From assembly GCA_963666975.2 (NCBI GenBank), contig CAXVYR010000004.1:1952001-2016000 (forward strand): a stretch of 64,000 bases of DNA. Reading direction: 5' to 3'. This DNA is from Terriglobia bacterium (GTDB lineage: Bacteria; Acidobacteriota; Terriglobia; 2-12-FULL-54-10). The stretch's first letter is position 1. Every line of letters begins with the position of its first letter. The notes below the pieces were generated by a model, which was given only the letters and a program-made list of their open reading frames with translations, ran no database searches and was not told the DNA's origin. The position numbers were made by a program, and so were the translations under genes. Below are positions 1 through 10,779 of this stretch, piece by piece.

Positions 1-143
1 TCAATAACTTGAAAGCGATCTGCGATGCGGAACCGTTGCGGCGCGCTCTGGAACGGTTGCAGATCGACGCCCGGGCGCGGGCCGAGACCCTGTCCCTGAC
101 TCAATTCGCATCGCTCCAGAAAGCCCTGCGCAGCGGCGACTAG
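1..143 (+). CDS. rsmA: 3' end of 16S rRNA dimethyltransferase RsmA/KsgA (partial, runs off window start)
   Basis: Own translation from base 3: NNLKAICDAEPLRRALERLQIDARARAETLSLTQFASLQKALRSGD*, matching the KsgA C-terminal NNL...RAETLS..F pattern. Confidence 0.7.
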   Translation, partial: NNLKAICDAEPLRRALERLQIDARARAETLSLTQFASLQKALRSGD

Positions 144-196
144 ACCAGTTTCCGTGAAGGTATATAGTGAGTCCGGCTATTGACAACCCGATTCAG

Positions 197-356
197 AGCC
201 GCGCGCGTAAGCAAGCGACGACCAAACGTTGGGCGATTCAGCAGTTTGAGGGGGACGCTCCCTCACGGTCGCGGCTCGGAATGGGCGTGCCGATTGGGCT
301 GCACTTGCCGAGCCGCGCGCGTTAGCAAGCGGACCCATACACCAGTTTTTCAACAA
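197..356. repeat. Cluster of REP-like palindromic repeats (GAGCCGCGCGCGT[AT]AGCAAGCG family)
   Basis: Units at about 197-218, 256-279 (inverted variant) and 308-356, between convergent rsmA and purE; related copies at 10289-10351 and 12991-13032. Confidence 0.75.
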
Positions 357-360
357 CCTC

Positions 361-879
361 TTAGAGCCGAAACTTCCGTTTGAGGCGCTTGCTTTTTTCC
401 GCCACCGCCCGCGCCATCTCCTGTTTGTGCTGCGCCAAACGGCGGCTGAGGCTCGCATTGGAAGTGGCCAGTATCTGCGTGGCGAAGATGGCGGCGTTCA
501 CGGCACCCGCCTTGCCCACAGCCATCGTCGCTACGGGAACTCCTCCCGGCATCTGCACGGTGGAAAAAAGCGCATCCGTGCCGCCCAGCGGGGAACTGGC
601 TATCGGCACCCCGATCACCGGCAGGGTGGTCTCGGCGGCGATCACGCCGGCCAGGTGGGCGGCGCCGCCCGCGCCGACAACAAGCACCTTCAGTCCCCGC
701 CCCGCAGCACTCCGTGCATAGTCAGCCGTGCGTTCCGGAGAACGATGCGCGCTGGTAATTTCGATATCAAAGGGAACTCCCAGTTGTTGCAGCATGCGGG
801 CCGTCTCGGTCATGATCGGCAGGTCGGAATCGCTTCCCATTGCGATACCCACCAACGCTTTCTTTTTCGGTTTCGGCAT
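361..879 (-). CDS. purE: N5-CAIR mutase / AIR carboxylase catalytic subunit
   Basis: [33 protein letters not shown] motifs. Confidence 0.97.
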   Translation of the reverse strand: MPKPKKKALVGIAMGSDSDLPIMTETARMLQQLGVPFDIEITSAHRSPERTADYARSAAGRGLKVLVVGAGGAAHLAGVIAAETTLPVIGVPIASSPLGGTDALFSTVQMPGGVPVATMAVGKAGAVNAAIFATQILATSNASLSRRLAQHKQEMARAVAEKSKRLKRKFRL

Positions 880-924
880 GTTTCTGGTCCTCAGAGCAGA
901 TGTAGTTTCCCGTTACATTTTCCG

Positions 925-2217
925 TTACAAGGGATGAGTTCGCAGCAGTCCTTTGCGGGCAATGTCCCGGCGGAAGTGCATCCCCTCGAAGTGAATTTTA
1001 GAGGCAGCTTCGTAAGCTTTTTGGGTGGCGGTCTTGAGGTCCGGGCCCCGCGCCGTAATTCCCAGCACTCGGCCTCCTGCTGTCACCAGCTTATTGTCCC
1101 GCTGGGCGGTCCCGGCGTGAAACACCTTGGCGCCATTGGCCACTGTCCCGGCCTCTATCTCTTCCAGCCCCGTAATCGGCTTGCCGGTCGAGTACTCGCC
1201 GGGATAACCTCCCGAGGCGGCCACCACGCAGACGCTGGCTCCCGGCTCCCAGGAAAGCATATCTTCGCGCAGGCTGCCGTCGGCGAGCGCCTTCAAGGCC
1301 TCTGCCAGATCGCCTCGCAAGCGGAACAGCAAGGGCTGCGTCTCCGGATCGCCGAAGCGGACATTGTATTCAAGCACCTGGGGTCCGTCTGCGGTAATCA
1401 TCAGCCCGCAATAGAGCACCCCCCGGAAAACAATTCCCTCCGAGCGCATGCCCTCAAGAGTCGGGGAAACGGCCTCGTCCAGAATGCGGCGGTAAAGGTT
1501 TTCGGAAAGGATGCCGTCATCGCTGTAGGCTCCCATGCCGCCGGTGTTGGGACCCCGGTCCTCATCCCAGACCGGCTTGTGGTCTTGCGTCGGGGCCATC
1601 GGGATTACGGTTTTGCCGTCCGTCAACACATGGAAGGAAACTTCCTCGCCCTCCAGTCGCTGCTCCAGCACGACGCGACGCCCGGCTTCGCCGGCCAGTT
1701 GCCCGGAAAAACACGACTGGAGCGCTGCCTCGGTCTGGCTGCGGTCCGAAGCGACCACCACGCCTTTGCCTGCGGCCAGCCCGTCGGCTTTCACTACAGC
1801 GGGCCCGCCCCAGCGGTCCAGATGCGTTCGAGCCGTTGGCAGGTCCTCGCAAACCACAAAGTCGGCGGTCGGTATCCCGTGACGGCGCATGAACTGCTTG
1901 GAGAAAATCTTGCTTCCTTCCAGGCGCGCAGCCGCTTGCACGGGGCCTGCCAGGGACAATCCTCTGGCGAGGAATTCATCGGCAACCCCCGCCACCAGCG
2001 GCGCCTCCGGCCCCGCGACGGTCAGGTCCGCTTGGAGTTCCGACGCCAGTTGGGCCAGTTCCTTGGGACCCATTTGCCGCGCCGGCAGGCAGACTGCTTC
2101 CTGTCGGATGCCTCCGTTGCCGGGAGCGCAAAAGATTTGCTGGACCGCCGGACTTTGCGCCAGCTTCCAGACCAGGGCGTGCTCCCGCCCTCCAGAACCT
2201 ATGACGAGTATTTTCAA
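925..2217 (-). CDS. purD: Phosphoribosylamine--glycine ligase
   Basis: MKILVIGSGGREHAL, KADGLAAGKGV, GPNTGGMGAY, EYNVRFGDPETQ. Confidence 0.98.
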   Translation of the reverse strand: MKILVIGSGGREHALVWKLAQSPAVQQIFCAPGNGGIRQEAVCLPARQMGPKELAQLASELQADLTVAGPEAPLVAGVADEFLARGLSLAGPVQAAARLEGSKIFSKQFMRRHGIPTADFVVCEDLPTARTHLDRWGGPAVVKADGLAAGKGVVVASDRSQTEAALQSCFSGQLAGEAGRRVVLEQRLEGEEVSFHVLTDGKTVIPMAPTQDHKPVWDEDRGPNTGGMGAYSDDGILSENLYRRILDEAVSPTLEGMRSEGIVFRGVLYCGLMITADGPQVLEYNVRFGDPETQPLLFRLRGDLAEALKALADGSLREDMLSWEPGASVCVVAASGGYPGEYSTGKPITGLEEIEAGTVANGAKVFHAGTAQRDNKLVTAGGRVLGITARGPDLKTATQKAYEAASKIHFEGMHFRRDIARKGLLRTHPL

Positions 2218-2288
2218 ATGACGAGTGCTTTCAAAAGATTGCTCCCGAGCCCGGCTTGCTGCCTTTCAGTCCGGTTAAACCGATTCGA

Positions 2289-3383
2289 TCAGTTGCCGAA
2301 GGAGATGCCCAAGGCCTGGGCGGTTTTGACAATTTCACTTTCCGGTTTCACCGTCTTCAGAACCCCCACCGCTTTTTCCAGCGGGGTCGATTGAATGGAA
2401 CTACTCTTCAGGCAAACCATCTTGCCGAAATCGCCACGGGCGACCAGCCCTACGGCCGCGACCCCCAGGCGGCAGCTCAACACGCGGTCAAAGGGCGAAG
2501 GAGAGCCGCCGCGCTGGATGTGCCCCAAGACCGTGACGCGTGTCTCCCGGCGGGTCTGCTGGGCAATCAATTCTCCGATGGCATTGGCCACCGCGCCGCT
2601 CCGGGGCTGGATGCGGCGTTCATTGGTCACATCCGCAAGCGTGCGGCCATCGATCTTGCGGCAGCCTTCGGCCACCACGACGATGCTGAAGTGACGGCCC
2701 GCCTCGGCTCTTTCCTGAATCTTGGCGCAGATCTTATCGAGCGAGAAAGGGATTTCCGGAATCAGGATGACGTGGGCTCCGCCTGCAATGCCGGATTGCA
2801 CGGCGATCCAGCCGGCATCCCGGCCCATCACCTCCACCAGCATGATGCGATGGTGGCTCTCGGCGGTGGTATGAAGCTTGTCGATGGCGTCGGTCACCGT
2901 GTGCAGGGCGGTGTCAAACCCGAAGGTGATCTCCGTTGCTGAAAGATCGTTGTCAATGGTTTTGGGCACGCCCACCAGAGGCACTCCCCGCTGCCATAGC
3001 TCCAGGCCGATCTTCAGAGTGCCGTCTCCCCCCCCCACCACCAGCGCGTCGATGCCCAGCTTGGGGATATTCTCGATGATGCTGGGGGAAATATCCTTCA
3101 CCACGGTCTTGCCGTTCTCCGTGACCGGATAGGCAAACGGGTTGCCTCGGTTGGAGGTTCCCAGGATGGTCCCGCCTCGCGGCAGAATACCCGCGATCTC
3201 GGCGCTGCCGAGCGGGCGAATCTTGTCGGTCCAGACCAGCCCGTCATAGCCATCTTGAATCCCCAGGACTTTCCACCCATGCTCCACGGTCGCCGCCTTC
3301 ACAACCGCGCGAATGACGGCGTTGAGCCCGGGGCAGTCGCCTCCGCCCGTTAAAATTCCGATAGTCTGTATTTTTTTACTCAT
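2289..3383 (-). CDS. pfkA: 6-phosphofructokinase (PfkA family)
   Basis: GGGDCPGLNAVIR, GGTILGTS, GGDGT, PKTIDND, EVMGR, LGHIQRGG; start moved to MSKKIQ. Confidence 0.95.
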   Translation of the reverse strand: MSKKIQTIGILTGGGDCPGLNAVIRAVVKAATVEHGWKVLGIQDGYDGLVWTDKIRPLGSAEIAGILPRGGTILGTSNRGNPFAYPVTENGKTVVKDISPSIIENIPKLGIDALVVGGGDGTLKIGLELWQRGVPLVGVPKTIDNDLSATEITFGFDTALHTVTDAIDKLHTTAESHHRIMLVEVMGRDAGWIAVQSGIAGGAHVILIPEIPFSLDKICAKIQERAEAGRHFSIVVVAEGCRKIDGRTLADVTNERRIQPRSGAVANAIGELIAQQTRRETRVTVLGHIQRGGSPSPFDRVLSCRLGVAAVGLVARGDFGKMVCLKSSSIQSTPLEKAVGVLKTVKPESEIVKTAQALGISFGN

Positions 3384-3716
3384 GGTGTCTCTCGTTCTTG
3401 GGACTCCCATCCTGCAAAACGGACCGGGCACGCACATCCCGGTGAAACCGCCCATCCTCGCTTTCCACGGTCACTCTGGCCGCGGGAACATCGCCGCCAT
3501 CCTGATTCAGCACCCGCCCGCGGATTTAACCCGCTTGCGCCGGCGGGAGCGCAATGAATAAAAGTAAAAAAACAAACACACAACCTTCATCTAACATCTA
3601 AACAAGTCCCCTGATCCCTGGGACGAATAATGCAGCAGATATTATATTCGCAACGCCGCCCGACCGGTAGTCTGGAAGGAAAAAGGAGGCGCAGCTTTCC
3701 GTGTCGCTCCGCCCTG

Positions 3717-4862
3717 TTAGGGATTGAGCATGCCGGATTGGAGGACGCGGCCCTCGCTGTCGAGTGAAACCCGAAAGGTGAATGGAGAGTTGTCCGGCGA
3801 GGACGACCGGAGAAACTGAAGGTCTCTGTACTCAATCACGTGCATTCCGCCTTCCTGGCGGTAACTCACCCACGGGAATCGCGCGAACCAGCGGTAGATT
3901 TTCACCTCCGGCAATGCTTCCGCCGCTTGGAGATACCGGTTACTCTCGGCATGGGGATAGAAGCGGTAAGCGGGTTCACCTGAAGCTGCCAGATCAATTG
4001 TCCCCCTGTAGATTCCCTGGGGAGTCTCAACGAATCCTGCCCATCGAAAAAACGATGGAGGAGCGGGCAGCGCGGCCAGGCGTTGCGCGTCTATGCGTTG
4101 ATTAGCCGCTTGGGGACGTTTCGCGAACTCTTCCACGCGCGCCAGCGCCGCCTGGTGAGCAGCCCAGCACAGCCCAAGGTAAACGGCCAGGCCAGCCGCT
4201 CCGGCAAGGCAATATCGGGAGCGGCGCCACCGAAACCCATGACCCTGGAGCGATGGCATCACAAGCAGGGCCCCAAGCAACACGCTCGCCGCCGGCACGG
4301 TCCATGCGGAAAGCGGCACGCGCATCGCCGCAGCGAACTGAGCGATACCGACTCCAGCGAGGCTGAGAAAAACCCACACTTCAAGACCCCGCCGCCAGGC
4401 TCGCGGACGTTCCGAATACACCCAGGCCGTCAGTTGAGGCAAAAGCACAACCGTGGTTAAGACAAAGTCGAGGATAAAGGTCATGTCCCAGGCGGCCCGA
4501 GCGTTGCTTACCGGCGTCCAGATCATCGTCCCGTAGGAAGTGATGAGGTCCAGCACAATGTGCGACGCGATGCCGATCCCGTAAAAGCAAGTAAACAGCA
4601 GCCATTTTCTCTGGCGGGCCAGCACGCAGGTGAGAACTCCCAACAAAAGGGCAAACACGGGCAGGGCAAGCAAGGAATGGGTGATGCCGCGGTGGTTCTC
4701 CAGCCCGGCCAGCTGATTGCTGTAAAAGAAACGGTCGAATGTGTCGCTGTCGGGGAAGACGGCGCCGAGCGTCACCGCCATCGTGGCGATGCGGCCGTGG
4801 CGTTCGGAAAGGAAGGCCTTGGCCACCAGGGAGCCGGTGATTCCATGTGTGATGGTGTCCAC
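3717..4862 (-). CDS. Inner-membrane metal-dependent hydrolase (YdjM-like)
   Basis: MDTITHG...PDSD...HRGITHS...SHIVLDLITSYGT motifs plus several hydrophobic segments. Confidence 0.85.
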   Translation of the reverse strand: MDTITHGITGSLVAKAFLSERHGRIATMAVTLGAVFPDSDTFDRFFYSNQLAGLENHRGITHSLLALPVFALLLGVLTCVLARQRKWLLFTCFYGIGIASHIVLDLITSYGTMIWTPVSNARAAWDMTFILDFVLTTVVLLPQLTAWVYSERPRAWRRGLEVWVFLSLAGVGIAQFAAAMRVPLSAWTVPAASVLLGALLVMPSLQGHGFRWRRSRYCLAGAAGLAVYLGLCWAAHQAALARVEEFAKRPQAANQRIDAQRLAALPAPPSFFRWAGFVETPQGIYRGTIDLAASGEPAYRFYPHAESNRYLQAAEALPEVKIYRWFARFPWVSYRQEGGMHVIEYRDLQFLRSSSPDNSPFTFRVSLDSEGRVLQSGMLNP

Positions 4863-4888
4863 AACGGAGCGGGAGGCTGGTACAGAAG

Positions 4889-5164
4889 TTAGCGGAAACG
4901 GTAGACAATCCGTCCGCGCGTCAAATCATAGGGCGAGAGTTCCAGTGTAACCCTGTCTCCCGCCAGAATCCGGATGCGGTTTTTGCGTAGCCTCCCGGCC
5001 AGATGGGCCAGCACGAGCTGCTTTTGCTCGAGTTGCACGCTGAACATGCCGCCGGGAAACTTCTCAAGGACGGTGCCGCCCACCTCGATCCCTTCTTCCT
5101 TGAGGTTTTCATCACTTTCTTTCTTTTCTTTCTGCACTTTCGGTCGGAACCTTCGTTTAGCCAT
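4889..5164 (-). CDS. infA: Translation initiation factor IF-1 with charged N-terminal extension
   Basis: [38 protein letters not shown]. Confidence 0.95.
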   Translation of the reverse strand: MAKRRFRPKVQKEKKESDENLKEEGIEVGGTVLEKFPGGMFSVQLEQKQLVLAHLAGRLRKNRIRILAGDRVTLELSPYDLTRGRIVYRFR

Positions 5165-5406
5165 ATGCTCCTTTTTTAAAAATTGGGCCTTTTTGCAGGG
5201 GCAATTCCCTGCCAGTTTACCATTGCCTGGAACACATTCCCTGAAATCTGCCCGGGCGTAAAGCTGATTCTACTGCTCATCGTAACATTGTGCCGGTCAT
5301 TGGTCGAGCCCTTCCACTCCTGTGCGAACTGCTCTCACTACTGAAACACGGAAAATTGCCGGCTCCAGCCCTTGCTTTCCAGGCGGGTTTTGAGAAACAA
5401 TCGGGC

Positions 5407-6123
5407 ATGGCCCGCATGGAGAGGCAAAAAAATCCCACGCTCGAACAGATGCAGCAGGCCCAGGCCCAGCACCGGATGGTCATGGAGACCCCGCAAATTC
5501 CTCCCTTTGACCAGGGGAATCTTTCCGCCCTGATGGATTATCTCGAAAAGATAGCGAGCCTGGAAAACCGGCGGCAGAAAGCCAAGATGTCCGGAGACCC
5601 GGAACGCGCTGCCGAATTGCGCGCCAATCAGAAAAAACTGGCTCGCTCCGAACCAGGCCGGCTGATGAGAAAGTTTGAGCTCACCCGTTGGGGAAGGGTG
5701 TTGGCCGGAGCTTTGGCGCAGGGCGCAGTTCTCAGCCTCTTGTTTTCTCTGCTCCTGCTCGCCATTACGGGAGCGTGGGCCTGGTCGCCCTTGTCGCTGG
5801 TGACCATCCCCATCATTTGGGTGGTGCTGATGTGGGGCGTGGCTCCGCCCGTGTTCAGCGCTTCGGGGTCTCCCAAACGAACCCGCAAACTGGCCCGCGC
5901 CCTCAGCAACCGAACGCAAACCGCGGGCGTCTACGCACTGGTGGCCAGACCCTGGCTGACGGCTGTGGTTGTGGAAAGCGCCCCGCCAGATTTGGACCAT
6001 GTACAAGGCACGCAAGGCAAAAAAGAAATAGCTGCGGGCTCTCTTCACAGAGAACCACGCAGCATGATTCAAGCAGTTCAAAAGCTTCTTACGCCTTCTT
6101 GGAAAGCTTCTTTTTCTTCCTAA
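5407..6123 (+). CDS. Hypothetical membrane protein
   Basis: Open frame with helical N-terminal half and two hydrophobic segments; start uncertain; no family recognised. Confidence 0.5.
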   Translation: MARMERQKNPTLEQMQQAQAQHRMVMETPQIPPFDQGNLSALMDYLEKIASLENRRQKAKMSGDPERAAELRANQKKLARSEPGRLMRKFELTRWGRVLAGALAQGAVLSLLFSLLLLAITGAWAWSPLSLVTIPIIWVVLMWGVAPPVFSASGSPKRTRKLARALSNRTQTAGVYALVARPWLTAVVVESAPPDLDHVQGTQGKKEIAAGSLHREPRSMIQAVQKLLTPSWKASFSS

Positions 6124-6814
6124 TACCAGCCAGTCCTGCCAGCCCGGAGCCGAGGAGCAGCAGGGAAGTAGGCTCGGGGACGGGCTCGAATGCAATACTC
6201 ACATCATCCACGCCCATATTGAAGAAAAACTGATTATCTACCTCGCCGAACCGAAGCGCGAAAGTTCCGCCCGCTCCCACCAAGCTGGTAATATCAAAGA
6301 GGTAATTTGTGTAGTTGTGTGGATCAGGACCGGCGTCAACACCCGCGAAGAAATTTTGCAGAACTCCCGCTCCTGTGTCAAAGGCCCCGGCTCCTGCACT
6401 CAGAATGTCCACCCTGCCATACTGATTTGCTACTCCGCAGTTATAACAAAAATTTGGCGCGCCGAAGATTGGTCCTGCATCTAAATCGTTAACAAACATC
6501 GAGAACGTCAAAATCACGGAATCCGCGAGGCCTGGAACTGTAAAAATCTGACTTAATACATGCTGCCCAGGACCACTCTGATCCGAGACAGCAAACCAGT
6601 TCCCGCTATGCGGCCCTACGGTTAGATTGCCACTCTGGGGTGTGGTTGTCCCAGTATCGGCAAACCAATTACCAGATCCAGCATTATTCACGCCCCACCC
6701 GGCTAAGCTCCCGGATTCGAAACCGCCATTCGTGATCAGCTCGATCGGGTCCGCGTTTGCACTCACGGTGAACATCAGAAATGCCGCGAGCACCTTAATA
6801 CCCTCCAATCTCAC
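6089..6814 (-). CDS. PEP-CTERM sorting-domain protein
   Basis: C-terminal VPEPTSLLLLGSGLAGLAGIRKKKK; signal peptide ending ANA; ITNGGFESG start of mature domain; start codon uncertain. Confidence 0.9.
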   Translation of the reverse strand: MRLEGIKVLAAFLMFTVSANADPIELITNGGFESGSLAGWGVNNAGSGNWFADTGTTTPQSGNLTVGPHSGNWFAVSDQSGPGQHVLSQIFTVPGLADSVILTFSMFVNDLDAGPIFGAPNFCYNCGVANQYGRVDILSAGAGAFDTGAGVLQNFFAGVDAGPDPHNYTNYLFDITSLVGAGGTFALRFGEVDNQFFFNMGVDDVSIAFEPVPEPTSLLLLGSGLAGLAGIRKKKKLSKKA

Positions 6815-7330
6815 CAAAGTAAAGAATCTTGGTTTAGTTTGCGCAATCGGATGACCAAAATGCTGTGCAAATAACGCAATGGTAACAAAGAAGTTATTGA
6901 ACGCCAGAGGGCTCCAACCCAATCTCGCCGACCCAATATAAGGGACAAAACGGTAATCGAATTCCCTTTCACTCGCGAGCAAGTGAGTTTGCGGAAGGGA
7001 AATCCAAATTCCCTTCAATCTCTACTGCCGGTGCACCGACTGGCGGCAGGGCACAATAACGCCTTGCACACAGTCAGCGATTGCCAGGTTTCCCCTGCTT
7101 ACAGTGGACAACGCTTTACGGCCGGGCGCAACGGCGTGGCCGGGCGGGCAGAGTTTTCCTGAGAGGCCTAGGCGAAGAATGGGTTTACAGCGCAGGGCCG
7201 CTTGGGATAGAGTTCCCGGAGCCGGGCTGTCGGATTCGAGGCGGATTATTTGCACCGGATCATCTCTGGAAACAGCTTGAGGACCATAATTTTTGTTTAG
7301 ATACCGCCGGCATCCTATGCTAGGACAACC

Positions 7331-9064
7331 ATGCGCTGGGTGACGCAGGAGCCGGACGCTCTGTCCACCCAAAAGCTTTCTCAACAGCTCGGCATCTCTC
7401 CTTTGCTGGCACGCCTGCTGACCCTGCGCGGACTGGGAGAACCGGAGGCGGCACACCGCTTTTTGCACCCGAGTCTGGACCACCTCCACGACCCGACCCG
7501 AATGCTGGGGATGGAGGCTGCCGTCCGGCGGATCTTTCAGGCCATCGAGCACAAAGAAAAAATCCTCATCTACGGCGACTATGACGTGGACGGCGCGATG
7601 GCGGTCGTTATTCTTCATAGCACGCTGTCGCTGCTGGGAGCCGATGTTCATGACTACATCCCGCACCGCTTCCGCGACGGCTATGGAATGCGCACGGAGG
7701 TGATGGAGCAGGCCCATCAGCAAGGTTTCTCAGTCATCATCAGCGTCGACACCGGCATCCGCGCCCACGCCGTGGTGGAGCGAGCCCGGGAGCTGCACCT
7801 TGATTGCATCATCACGGACCACCATCTTCCGGCCGCTCCCGGCGAGGAGGCCGGAGGCATCCCGCGCGCGCTGGCGGTGCTCAACCCCAAGCAACCCAAC
7901 TGCCCGTACCCGGACAAAAACCTCTGCGGGGCGGGCGTTGCCTTCAAACTGGCCCAGGCGCTGCTGCAGAGCCGTCTTGCGGACTCGGCCCGTCTCGCCC
8001 GCCTCATCTCTTCTCTTCTAAAAATAGTTTGCATCGGGACGATTGCCGATATCGTGCCGCTGGTGGGGGAGAACCGCGTCATCGCGCGTTTGGGCCTGGA
8101 CGGACTGCGCCAGCCCGTCAACCCCGGTCTGAAGGCGCTGATCCAGACTGCGGGCCTGGAAGGCAAAGCCATCACAGCCGGAGACGTGGGGTTCCGCCTG
8201 GCGCCCCGCATCAACGCCGCAGGCCGCATGGAGAGCGCCCAGGAGGTGATTGAGATGTTCACCGTGGCAGGCTCGGAACGCGCACAGCAAGTGGCGCTCA
8301 AGCTGAATCGCCTCAACTCCGAGCGGCAGAACGCGGAAAAGGAAATCATCGCAGACATTGAGCAGCGTCACCGGCAGCAACCGGAAAGCTTCACCGACAC
8401 CTTTCTGGTGCTGGCAGGAGAGGGATGGCACCGGGGCGTGGTCGGCATTGTGGCCAGCCGGATGGTGGACCGCTTTCACAGGCCGGCGCTGGTGATCTCC
8501 TGCGAGAACGGGACCGGCCACGGGTCGGGACGCTCCATCGAGAAGTTTCACCTGCTGGATGCGCTCACCGCATGCGGCGAGCTCTTTGACCGCTTCGGGG
8601 GACACGCCTCCGCCGCCGGCTTTGCCCTGCCCGTGGGGCGGATCGAGGAACTGCGCCGGAGGCTGAACGAGTACGCCGCCGGACGCCTCGGCCCTGATGA
8701 GTTGACGCCGGAGATGAACGTAGACGCTGAAATCCGTTTCGAGGATATTTCTCCGGAGATGATCGAGGAACTGGAGCGGCTGGCCCCCCACGGATATGGA
8801 AATCCCCGGCCTGTCTTTTCCACGCGGGACGCCCGGGTATTGGGCCGTCCGCGCCTGCTGCAAGACAAACACCTCAAGATGCAAGTCGCCCAGCAAGGCC
8901 GCGTTTTGGATGCGATTGGATGGCGCAAGGGGGAATGGCTGGAAAAGCTGACCAACGGTGACTCCAATCTTGATCTGGCCTTCCATCTGGAGCGTAATTA
9001 CTATATGAATCAAGAGAGGCTGCAATTGGAGCTGCTGGACCTGATTACTCGAACCGGCCCCTGA
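7331..9064 (+). CDS. recJ: Single-stranded-DNA-specific exonuclease RecJ
   Basis: YGDYDVDG, ITDHH, GTIADIVPL, APRINAAGR, GSGRS, FGGH motifs. Confidence 0.97.
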   Translation: MRWVTQEPDALSTQKLSQQLGISPLLARLLTLRGLGEPEAAHRFLHPSLDHLHDPTRMLGMEAAVRRIFQAIEHKEKILIYGDYDVDGAMAVVILHSTLSLLGADVHDYIPHRFRDGYGMRTEVMEQAHQQGFSVIISVDTGIRAHAVVERARELHLDCIITDHHLPAAPGEEAGGIPRALAVLNPKQPNCPYPDKNLCGAGVAFKLAQALLQSRLADSARLARLISSLLKIVCIGTIADIVPLVGENRVIARLGLDGLRQPVNPGLKALIQTAGLEGKAITAGDVGFRLAPRINAAGRMESAQEVIEMFTVAGSERAQQVALKLNRLNSERQNAEKEIIADIEQRHRQQPESFTDTFLVLAGEGWHRGVVGIVASRMVDRFHRPALVISCENGTGHGSGRSIEKFHLLDALTACGELFDRFGGHASAAGFALPVGRIEELRRRLNEYAAGRLGPDELTPEMNVDAEIRFEDISPEMIEELERLAPHGYGNPRPVFSTRDARVLGRPRLLQDKHLKMQVAQQGRVLDAIGWRKGEWLEKLTNGDSNLDLAFHLERNYYMNQERLQLELLDLITRTGP

Positions 9065-9161
9065 AAGTTTGCGGATTAAATTCCTGCACGCGGCGTGATA
9101 AGCGAATCACCGCAACGGGCGACCTCAAGCCGGGTTAGAATGAATAGGTGAGGCGTCTGCC

Positions 9162-10226
9162 GTGAAGCATCCCCAAACCCATCGAAGCCCCCGCGTTCTC
9201 TGTTTGAGTTTGTTGCTTCTGTCCAGCGCGGCCTTTTTGGCCAGTGCGGCTTTTTCTCAGCGGACAGATTCTCCATCCGCCGTTCAGCAATCCGCCGTTC
9301 AGCAATCTAATGTTTTGCAATCCCCCGTTCAGCAATCCGATGACGCCGGGGTCATCAAAGTAGATGTGTCCGTCGTGAACGTGCTCTTCACGGTCCGGGA
9401 CGGCAAAGGGCGGCTGATTTCCAACCTGCAAAGGTCGGACTTCGACCTGCGCGAGGACGGCAAGCGGCAGCAGATCCGCTACTTCACGCGGGAGACCAAG
9501 CTCCCGCTGACGCTGGGGCTGCTGGTGGACTCGAGCGTCAGCCAACAACGCTTGATCCCGGAGGAGCGCCGCGCTGCCGCCGCATTCTTCGAGCAGGTGC
9601 TCGGCAAGCAGGACGCGGCTTTCCTGATGAGCTTTGACGTGAACGTGGACCTGCTGCAAGACCTCACCGGCAGCGTGGACTTTTTACGCCGGGCGTTGGG
9701 AGAGATTCAGGTCAACGGGGGAGGCGGCATGCAAGGCCCGTTCCCCAGCGTGCGAGGGGGCGGCACCCATCTCTACGATGCCGTCTATCTGGCCGCCCGC
9801 GAGGTGCTGGCGCCGGAGGTGGGCCGCAAAGCCCTCATCTTGATCAGCGACGGGCAGGACCAGGGCAGCCGCGTGAAACGCGAGGCGGCCATCGAAGCGG
9901 CGCAACGCAACGACGCCATCCTGTACGGGATACTCTTCGTCGACCGCGGTTTTTACGGCCGCGGCAGCTTCGGTTACTCGGGCGAATCCACGCTGAAGAA
10001 GCTGGCGGAAGAAACCGGCGGAAGGGTATTCAACATTCGGAGTGATAAAGACTTGTCAGGAGCCTTCGAGCAGATCTCCAGCGAGCTGCGCAGCCAGTAC
10101 AGCCTGGGATACACCCCCACCAATGCGGCGCGCGACGGAAGCTTTCGGAAAGTCCAGGTGAAAGCAACGCGGCGGGGACTCCGCGTGCAGGCCCGCAAAG
10201 GTTACTACGCCCCGACGGGGGGGTAG
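9162..10226 (+). CDS. Secreted VWA-domain protein (acidobacterial type)
   Basis: Signal peptide, VDVSVVNVLFTVRD, DSSVS MIDAS-like motif, ISDGQD, ETGG, ELRSQYSLGY, RKGYY; short SAVQQ tandem repeats. Confidence 0.9.
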   Translation: MKHPQTHRSPRVLCLSLLLLSSAAFLASAAFSQRTDSPSAVQQSAVQQSNVLQSPVQQSDDAGVIKVDVSVVNVLFTVRDGKGRLISNLQRSDFDLREDGKRQQIRYFTRETKLPLTLGLLVDSSVSQQRLIPEERRAAAAFFEQVLGKQDAAFLMSFDVNVDLLQDLTGSVDFLRRALGEIQVNGGGGMQGPFPSVRGGGTHLYDAVYLAAREVLAPEVGRKALILISDGQDQGSRVKREAAIEAAQRNDAILYGILFVDRGFYGRGSFGYSGESTLKKLAEETGGRVFNIRSDKDLSGAFEQISSELRSQYSLGYTPTNAARDGSFRKVQVKATRRGLRVQARKGYYAPTGG

Positions 10227-10288
10227 GTCTCCGCTCCGTTTCCTCCGCTGTCGCATGCAACCGATCGGCGACAGCTTCCTTTAGGATG

Positions 10289-10351
10289 TTGTTGAAAAAC
10301 TGGTGTGTGGGTCCGCTTGCTAACGCGCGCGGCTCGGATGGATTCACCAAC
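10289..10351. repeat. REP-like repeat copy
   Basis: 10289-10337 is the reverse complement of 308-356 with one mismatch. Confidence 0.8.
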
Positions 10352-10382
10352 AACCTAACTCTACACAAACTATAAAAATGAT

Positions 10383-10709
10383 CTAGGGCACCAGCACCAC
10401 CTTGCCGAAACTGGCTCGGCTGCTGATCAACTCGTGCGCGGCGCGTGCTTGTTCGAGCGGGAAGCTGTGTCCGACCACGGGACGAATCTTGTCCTGGGAA
10501 AGCAGCTCCATTACCGCCCGCATCGCCTGCTGGATCACGTCCGGACGCGCCACGGTGAGAAAGCCGTAGCTGAACCCAGCCACGCTGATCGCTCTCGCCA
10601 TCAAGTCGGGGACGCGGGCCGCCGCGACCTGGGCAGAGGACGCGCCGTAAACCACCAGCCGTCCCAAGGGCCGCAGGCGTTTCAGGCTCTTATCGAAGAC
10701 CTTTCGCAT
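10383..10709 (-). pseudogene. C-terminal fragment of an MDR-family quinone oxidoreductase
   Basis: LRPLGRLVVYG...FPLEQARAAHELISSRASFGKVVL; N-terminal two thirds absent before the thiolase stop. Confidence 0.75.
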
Positions 10710-10779
10710 TCTATTCTGACTGCTGACTCCTGAATTCCAGGGTTCTGTGCGCTCTATGCCTCTGTGGCCGGGAGTCTTT

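Noticed and set aside
427-2394. Long plus-strand ORF (655 aa) and similar ones such as 10747-11787, 49683-51110 and 59589-61424
   Set aside because: Antisense shadows of well-supported genes, expected in GC-rich DNA
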